A stretch of DNA of 32,000 bases, taken from positions 1 to 32,000 of the forward strand of contig CAZMGY010000018.1 in NCBI GenBank assembly GCA_964565945.1. Reading direction: 5' to 3'. Shown here piece after piece: positions 20,801 through 29,800 of the stretch (position 1 is its first letter; every line of letters begins with the position of its first letter). The position numbers and the translations under genes were made by a program. The stretch comes from an uncultured bacterium (lineage in GTDB: Bacteria; GCA-001730085). The notes under the pieces were generated by a model. The model did not search any database, was not told the origin of the DNA, and worked only from the letters and a program-made list of their open reading frames with translations.

Positions 20801-23800
20801 TCACCTCTATCTTTTGATATTTTTTGAAAGTTTTGTTGAGCAGAATCCAACTCTTGTTGAGTATTGCGTACTTCGGCACCTAAACGTTCTTTACCAATAA
20901 TAGTCGCTATTGGCGCAGCAACTTGACCATTGCTCATCAATTGGCCCGCGGTTTTCATAAACATCGCTTGAGCTTGTTCATCTGTGATTGTCTTATCAGA
21001 CGCTTTCACCGCTTGAACAAACTCTTGTTGCACTTGATTACGTTCCGTTTTCCTTGCTCCGTCGCGCATAGCTAACTGAACGTCAGTAAAGACAGCCTCT
21101 GTTTCGGACTTAGATAACTCATTTTTACCTTGACCCTTAGCGCGTCCTTTGGAAATTGTATTGGCCACGATACGTACGCGAGCTTCGGTAACCATGCTCT
21201 TAGTGGCGCCAGGCGGTAATGATTCACCATTCGTGATAGCATTTTCAACAGCCTTTTGGCGTGCCTTGGCAACTCGACCTTCTATAAATTGAGCTTTAGA
21301 CATATCATAGTTACTCATATGAGTCGAAAGAATGCCAAGCGTGCCCACCTGAAGAATTGTCCCAATCACTTGTCCCGCAATACCACTGTTCATAAGGCGT
21401 GCATAGGACCCTGTCAGCTGGAAACCTCCTCCATGGACAGTTAGATTAACGGTTCCAAAACCTTCGATAGCAATATCATTGGTTTTGTGTTTAGAAAGAC
21501 CAAGCTTGGCTTCTTGAACTTTAATAACATCCTCTTCTTTGATTGCTCCGCCAGCTGTGGTACCACTCACAGCAGCAAGAACATTAGAACGAAGATTGTC
21601 GTAAGACGATTTTGGCTTGTTGCGAATTTTGTTGAATAAAGATGTGATGCTGATTGCGTCTAAACCTTTTTTAAAGGATTGCAAGCCGCGATCGACCTTA
21701 TCTTGTTTGAGAACTCCTTTTTGAACACTTGGCTTTCCATCGACATATTTAAAGTGTAATTTAGCGCTGACACCAGCACCGTCGGTTACTTTGACCGTAG
21801 CGTAATTATCAGTGGATACTGTTTGTCCAAATCGAGCCATGGCTGAATCAAGACCTAAAACAAATCGTTCACCAAGCGTAAATTTGCTGTTTTGGATAAA
21901 TTTTTCAATTTTTTTAACGTCACCACTTCTGACCAATGTCTCATAGACTTGTTTCTCTCTAATACTCAAATTGCTTGTACCAGAAACATCCACTTTTTTA
22001 ACCAGGGCTATTTCAGCTTCGGTGATTTTATCTTTCTTCTGCAATTCCTCTTTTTGTTTTTGTATTTCAGCGGCTTTATTCCTAGCGGATTGCAAACCAA
22101 AGAACGAAGACGCCGATTCAAAGAATTTTTTCGTTTTAACTTTAGCCTTTGATCCACCAAACGCGCCAGCGATGTTGGAGACAATCCCTCCAATGACCTT
22201 TTTAAAGACAATCTTAAAAACTCCGCCCGCAATGTTTTTGAACAAAAGTTTAGTAAATTTCATGGGCAAACTAATCAAGTACATCACAAAATCTTGTAAC
22301 TTGCTAGCAATAATAGCAGCTAACTGAACCACAGCGCGGACTATCCTAACCACAATGGCTAGGACTTTACCAATGATACCTGCGTATTTAAGGACCTTTT
22401 CGAGAATTTTAAGGATCTTGGCGACACCCTTAAGCATCGATGACAACAATTTACTTCCTTTGCTCTTCATCGTAAAAGAGATGATTTCCCCAGCAGCTCC
22501 ACCCAGATTTTGTTTGCCGATTTGACCAGCACCACCTAGACCAAGGTTAACGTCTCTTTTGGCTTTGCGTTGAACCCGTGATGTTCGTCCAATCGAATCA
22601 TATTGTTCAGCTGTTTTAATACCATTCTTTTTCTCATGGATGGCCAATGGCCCTAGAAGGAATACGGCGCCTAAAAGGCCAAAGAAAAACTTCTCAAACC
22701 CGCTCATACCTTCCGTATCTCCAGTGTAAAGCCGCGAAATCTCATTGAGGAGATACCCCTCTTCGGCGCCAATGATTTTTTCAATTACACCTAAGAACAT
22801 AGCCAACAGACCGGTCACACCAGCATAAGGATCATTAACCATCGAAAAGATCATTGTAGGCATCATAATCATAAATTGGACAATGGCGAGCATCATGCGA
22901 GCGGCAAAGGCGAAGAAGTTGATGCGGGCGTTTCGAGCGGAAGATTTCTTCTTGGTTTCTTTGTTATCCCCGTCATCATTACCATCTTTATCCCAAGGAG
23001 ATGTGAATATTTTCTTCCAAGCATCTTCATCATCGCCACTCGTAACCATCATCATAACAACCGCTAGGATAAGCAAAATAATTAGCATTACAAGGGCAAA
23101 TGTTCCCAAGGTCACAATCGACAAGGCAATGAAAGCAATGAACAATGCAGCACCCACTAAACCCGAAATAAGTGCCGACTGCTCGTCTTTGTTCATAATA
23201 GCTTCGAGTTTTTCGAAGACTGCTTGAAGCTCGGCCCCAAGAAAGGCTGATTTTTTCTCAGAACGGCGCGCTCCTTTCACATCCACATGATCCTCAACGG
23301 CACCGATCCACTTTTTAATCAAATAAAGCAAACCGTCACGAATTGTTTTGTAAATCTCTTCGAGCACTTTTAAAATAAGCTTAAGTCCTTGGAGCAAGTA
23401 GATGGTAACGTCAATCAAAGCTTTTTGTATTTCATACAATGGATTCGGCACAGAAAAAAGACCTAGCTCAAGGCTCGTTCCAATGCGTTTGAGGTCTTCT
23501 TTTTCTTCCTCTAGCGCTTCAATAGCCGATTCGAGACCACCCCGCGTTTCTTCAAGCAAGGTCACCACCGGCATAAATAAAACATTTATTAAAGCCTTTA
23601 ATAATACTGGTAAAAAAAGTTCGATATTTTCGAACGCTTGACCAATAGTGTTGACCAATGGTCCAATAAAGCCCTGGATCCCACCAACAAAACTGGCGTG
23701 CATTTCTTGATTCACAATACTGTATTGTTGTTGTTTGAAGGAGCCTCCATATGTAATGACAAGGCTATCTGCAATACTAATTCCCAAAGAAATAATATCA

Positions 23801-26800
23801 CCAAGGACAGGAATATGATCTAAAACATTAAACGATGAGGATAATTTGCCCCAAGTGTCAATCATACGTGTACGACGACGGCGACCATGAGTCATAATGC
23901 TGTTATCGCTATAAATCAAGGAATCACGATCCGTACCTGTGAAACTGTCCACTTGAAAAATATCATACCCGGCATTATTAAAATCAGTGAAATAAAAGTA
24001 GTCGGTTTCCACGATGCCGTATTCATATGTTGAACGCATCGTTTGATAGCCATAGTTGTTGCGAGCATCAAAAATTTGCTGAACACGTGTTTTCTTTTTA
24101 AGTGGTTTACCACCTTCTATCGTTGTGAACTTTTTCATAAAAATGGCGTTACCAGCTCGGTCATAAATTACTCCTGGTTGGTGCCATGGCTCATCAATTT
24201 TTTGAATATCACCTTCGGCTCCACCAGGGAGATCTTTCTCTGATACTTTATATTTGAGCGTACGGTTGACTTTTCCATTTTTGAATTGGTTCGTTTTATC
24301 TAATGGAGGGATATTTTTATAATAATTACGATCCTTTATTTGCTCTTTAACCGAACCCTTCCAGTTGAAATCTGGATCATAATGCCAGGCCCCATGAAAA
24401 CTGCGGTTATGTCCGCCATCGGCCGAAGGTGCCAGCGAATCTTCCATCCAACGATAAAGTTGTACTTGCTTGCTCACAGAATCTAACATGTAGTACATAT
24501 AAGCTTTATTAATGGTTGTACGGTTATCATAGTCAAAATCCCAGTATGGCACGCTTGTACGATCAAAAACTTCGGGTGACCATAAGTTTTTCTTTTCGAC
24601 AAACGTTTTGATCAAGTTGAACACTTGTTTGCTTTTGCTATAAAACGTCGCGCCTAAAAGATCTTTTTGAGCTTGTGTAAAATCCCCTTCAACTAGAAAT
24701 TGATAGCTATCGGTTGTTCTAAAAATCTTGTTGTACAAGGCCTCTTCGCCTGCAAGATTAAGAATTTTTTTAAAAGAAGCTTTAGTTGCAGCATGAAAAA
24801 AGTCTGTCACCACATATTCATCAATGGTATTCTTTTGGATATATCCCGCGTTGGCCAAAGCTGTTAATTGGGCGCTAGTAAAATCACTTTCGGAGTTGGA
24901 TGCAGCCAATGCAGCATCTTGAGGATTTAAGTAACCATCTTTTTTATCGTAAAAGACGCGTTTCACTTCACCATTGGCATCAAGATATTCTTTAGTTTTA
25001 AGAATTTTAAACAACTCAACTGCCTGTGCCTCTGTAAGTCCCAAAGACAGCAAGTTGCGTGCATCAATTAGAGCTCCTCCGATGGCCTCATCATAGCGAA
25101 GGGCTGAAGTTCCTGAGTTATTGCCATGCGAAGAAGTTTCACGTTCCCCTTTAAAGCTTTCTTCGACAAAGTGAGCTTCTTTACGTGTATAAAATGCAGC
25201 GGGATTTCCCTCGGAATAAGAGCTTCTGACGTTGCTATAAGCTTCTCCCGAAGAATCATTTTCTGTGCGTAACAGACCAATACCAGGATTAAGAATAGCT
25301 GTTTCATCGCTGGAAAGCACATTGATACTTTCAACCTCTTCATTATACCACCCAGATTCTTCATCTTTTTTCGGGGGCGTGTCATTCAAAAATCCATAAA
25401 CAGGCCCTTCAAGTGCATTAAAGCGCTCTTGAGAAGTATTAATATTAAAGAAATCATTCAAGTGCGCCAAAGTCCCTGTGGTTGATTTTTCGGTGAAGCC
25501 ATGCTTGAACCATTCGTAATGGGTTTCTTTGCGAGAAGTTGAGGTAACCTTACCATCTGGCGAGCGATTGTACTTATTAAAGGTTTTTTGCATGCCATGT
25601 TCATCGTAGGTTGAATCCTTAAGATACTCGCGGGTGTAATTGAAATAATCGTTGTACCGAAAGAATTCATGCCCTTCTTTCCCGCTTGCAACTGCATCAA
25701 ATTTATTAACTGTAATGTAAAAAGCTTCATCATCACGAGTAAAACCATAGTTTCCATCAGGTTGAATATACTTAAGTTCCGTCAAATAGCGAGGTTCAAC
25801 ACCGCTATATTGACTGGTGATAAAATCTCCCAGACGTCCTTTTTGTATTGAAAACTGAGAACTTCCACTAATCAAGGCTGAAAGTGCCGCAGGATCGTAT
25901 TTCCCATGTTTTTCCAAATCTTTTTTAAGAATAAGCACCTTACCTGTTTTTGACAAGTTAAAGCTAGACTCTGGCGGCATTGCGTTCAACACAGTCTGAT
26001 TAAGCTGAGCGCTGCCTTTACTGCGAATTTTGTAGAAAAGCTCTCCATTTTCCCATTCTTCGGTGAATCCGATGTCGCGACCTAGGCGAATATTGTAAAT
26101 ATTTTGAAATGCTTGCCAAGGTGTTGAGCCACGATTGTAATTATCAATTTGCGCATAAGTAGAGCGATCGCTACTTGTGATATTGCCAAAGAAGTCACGC
26201 CCATGAATTTGATAATCATTCATGATGTATTTAAGCACCAGCTTGGGATTACCGTTTTCATCATTTAGATCATCTGCTCCTTGCTCTTGATTGTAGATTT
26301 GTTGAAGCACGGTATCCCCAGTTAAGCTTTTTTTAATATTCTTGAAGTTTTGACCATATTTTTCAAGGGCTTGACCTGCTATCATAAGTCTTGCTCGTTT
26401 AGAGCCAGCTGTCAAAAAATGCGTGTCGTATATGCTCTTTAATTTACCTGATAATGAGTCATATTTGGCCTTGCTAGTAGCCGCTTTGAAAAGAGACCTA
26501 ATACTTGTATCTATGCTCGATTCACCTATGCTCTCCGATTGCAACAAGTTTTTAATACTTTTGTAATCATCCCAACCAAAAATTTGTTCAACTTTTTTAT
26601 ACTGGTTCTGACTAACTAAACCGCCATTTTCATCGATCTTATCTTCAAGGTAATACCATTCATGGTGACCTTCTTTGTACGCACTCACTTCTCCCCAAAA
26701 TGAATGATCATAGTCCACTTGAGCGGTTCCTTTGCGAGCCTTCTTAAAAGCCTCTCCTTCACGGATCGTTAGTTTAAGATGAGGACGAGCAAAACTCGTC

Positions 26801-29800
26801 ATGCCAAAATTCTCACCTTCCAAAGCGAATTCAAGACGTTGTTTAATAGAAAATGTTCCTGGAACAAACTCTTTACCTGGCTCCATCGCTTCTTCTTTGA
26901 GATCAGCTAAGGAATTAATATTGCTCATATCAATCACATCTTCAACTTTTCTATAGTTAAGCTTGGTGTCGAAGTAATACTTAATATCTTGTTCCATCGT
27001 GCTTTTGGCTTCACCATTCAAATGATTGATAGACGTTTCAAAAATTTTGGATGCTTTTTGGCCTTGATAATTAGTCTTATGTCTCACAGTAGTGGTTTTA
27101 TCATCTCTAAAAGATATCGGAGAACCTTGGGCATGATCAACTTTAAAGCCGTTAGCTACACGTGTGAAAGATTGAACACGACCGAGAGGGTCTTTGATTT
27201 GATCATAAATCCGATTATTTTGATAATTTTGGACCTCATTGTAAGAATTGAACTGATGGCTAGCATTGATCATTTGTTTCATATGATCCATACTGAGTAC
27301 TTTGTCAGGTGTCTTGAAACCTTTGTGGAAATTATAGATTTGTTCCTTATAATTTTCTTTTTTTTGTCCTGTTTTAATTTCGTAATTAATATCCTCCATC
27401 AAGTTTTGAGTACCAGTTTGTCCTTGACGTGCAATTAAGCGTGCTTTCAAGATCAAGTCATTGGTGGTTGTTAATTCGTGGATTTTTGTTGTTTTAAGAA
27501 GGCTGCCTTCATAAGTATTTTCCACATAGTTGATGTCTTTGGTTTTTTGGTAGCCGAGCTGGGAGGCCCTATCAACTAAAGCAGAATATTGTGTATCTAG
27601 GTTCTTATAAACATTATCAGTAGTGACCATACGGTTCAATAGTTGACCCCCAACCAAATAATTTGCATCCATTGTACGAACAATGATTTGCTGGGTTCCA
27701 TCTGAGCGATTGAAGTTAGTGGCGACTAAATTGTCTGTGGATTCAATATAACCAATATTGCTAAGAAGTTCTTCGTTTAAGGTTTCCCAAATTTGTTGTT
27801 CCTTACCTGCAAAACGAGCGTCTAGGTTTAGTTCTTCGGATCCATAAAGTAATTCAAGCGACTTACGCACTTCTCCACTACTTTCGATATAGCCTTTGTC
27901 TAGCAAGTCATCCCAAAGAGCATTAACATCGGATTGACTCATGAATGGGAGAAATTTCTTTTTACTTGTTTTTTTGCTAATAAAATCATCGTAATCGGTG
28001 TAAGCGCGAATATCTGATAAGTGATTTTTCCATACTTTTTCATACTCTTTGAACGACAGTTCATGGCCATATTGGTTGAATTTAGTATTTTTCCTTAAAG
28101 TCGTTTTTTTCGTGATCGATCCATTGTGATCAATCGTACTATTATTGGTTTGCGAAATAAGAGTTTTTCCATTCAGATCATGCATCAAGTTGGTGCGTCG
28201 CACCGATTTGATTTCGTAAGGTTTAGACATATCATCTGCAGAAAACTTTGTGATCATTTCTTGAGTGAATAAATCACGACCAGCTATGTTTTTAACAATT
28301 CCCATACTATTGCGGACTTCTTTAGCTACAATCACTTCATCGACATAATTTTCTTTAAGTACAGTGAACTCGAGAGCTTGCTGCTTATCGTTAAATGTAT
28401 AGTTTTCGGTTGTTTCACGTGTATGCATCGACTTGGCGCTAAAGTCAATGGCAGCAAGACTTGTGTGATTGAATTGGCCAAAGGTTTCGTAAACAAGATC
28501 TTGGTAGCGATTATCAATTTGTTTAGACATTAAGGCTTGTCCAACACCATAATCCATATTCGTTTGTGTGTAATTGATGAATGGATCACCCTTGCGCTGA
28601 GTGGCACGAATCGATTGTGTTTCTTTGCGGTTGGCGTTATACTGGATGTAAGCGATTACTGTTTTTTCAATATGGTCATCGGCTAGCCCTGCTTGAATAA
28701 TTACTTTATTTTTTTCAGAAAAACGCTTCAAACCATGGTGATTATGATCTGGAATATCGCTATCATAAATAGAATAATAGCTATTGTTAGTTGTTGTTTT
28801 GAAATAGTGGTTAGCTTTGGCAATATTTTTATTCGTTGTAGGGTCTTTTTCGATAACAAAGTCTTTTTCAACAGATTTAATAAGAAAATTTCCTTCGAAT
28901 TGATTATTTTTAACAACTTTACTATTAAGGCTAAAAGATGCATCATCGCCACCTGCGCCAATATCACTCAAGTTGATATAAAGTTCGGTGTCTGTTTGAA
29001 TAGGACGACCGCGACCATCAAAACCAGTCATTTGATCCACTTGGTAAGAGCGACGATTGTTAGCCCTAAGAGCATTGTTAACGCTGGCATAAGCTGCTGT
29101 ATCGTCAACATACTCAAAGGTATCTTGGTTCAAGATTTCCAAACTGTTAGATGCAATAGCAGCACTATACATATAGGAATCAAAACGTTTTTGCTGAATC
29201 CATCCCAAGGAAGGATGTCTTTGATAAGTGATCTTATCGCTCACCCGGTTGACATTGACGGTTTTGCCATCGGACTCACGAACAATGGCAACTGCTTCCT
29301 GAAGGTCGGTTGTTTGTCTAAAGCTTAATTTACGGTTGAATTTATCATAGATAATGTCATGTTCCGAACGTACCACTTCGGAATAACTGTCGGCGCGCTT
29401 TAAGTCAATAAAATGCTCTTTGTTTTTACGTATTTTCGATAAAGTCACTTGTTTGGCCACACGACCATAAGAGTCATATTTGAACTGATTTTCTTCCACT
29501 TTTTTCAGTTTGTTACTAAACATTTCTCTTTGAGCAACCGTCGTTTTGCTTCCATCAAAATGACGAACTTCGTCGCGAACTTTATAATTAGCAAAATAAG
29601 CGCCTAAATACGCTCTGTTTTGAGTGCGTCTCTCGACAATTACATCACCGGCATCCAATGTTCCTGGACGGTAAACATTAACAATCTCACCAATTTTGAG
29701 TCCATTGATATTATGGTTAAGGACTGCTTCTTCATGAGATGTTTTCACCATAAGATCGTCGTATTTGGTACGCGTTTCTAGAGCTGCTGCTCCATTAAAA

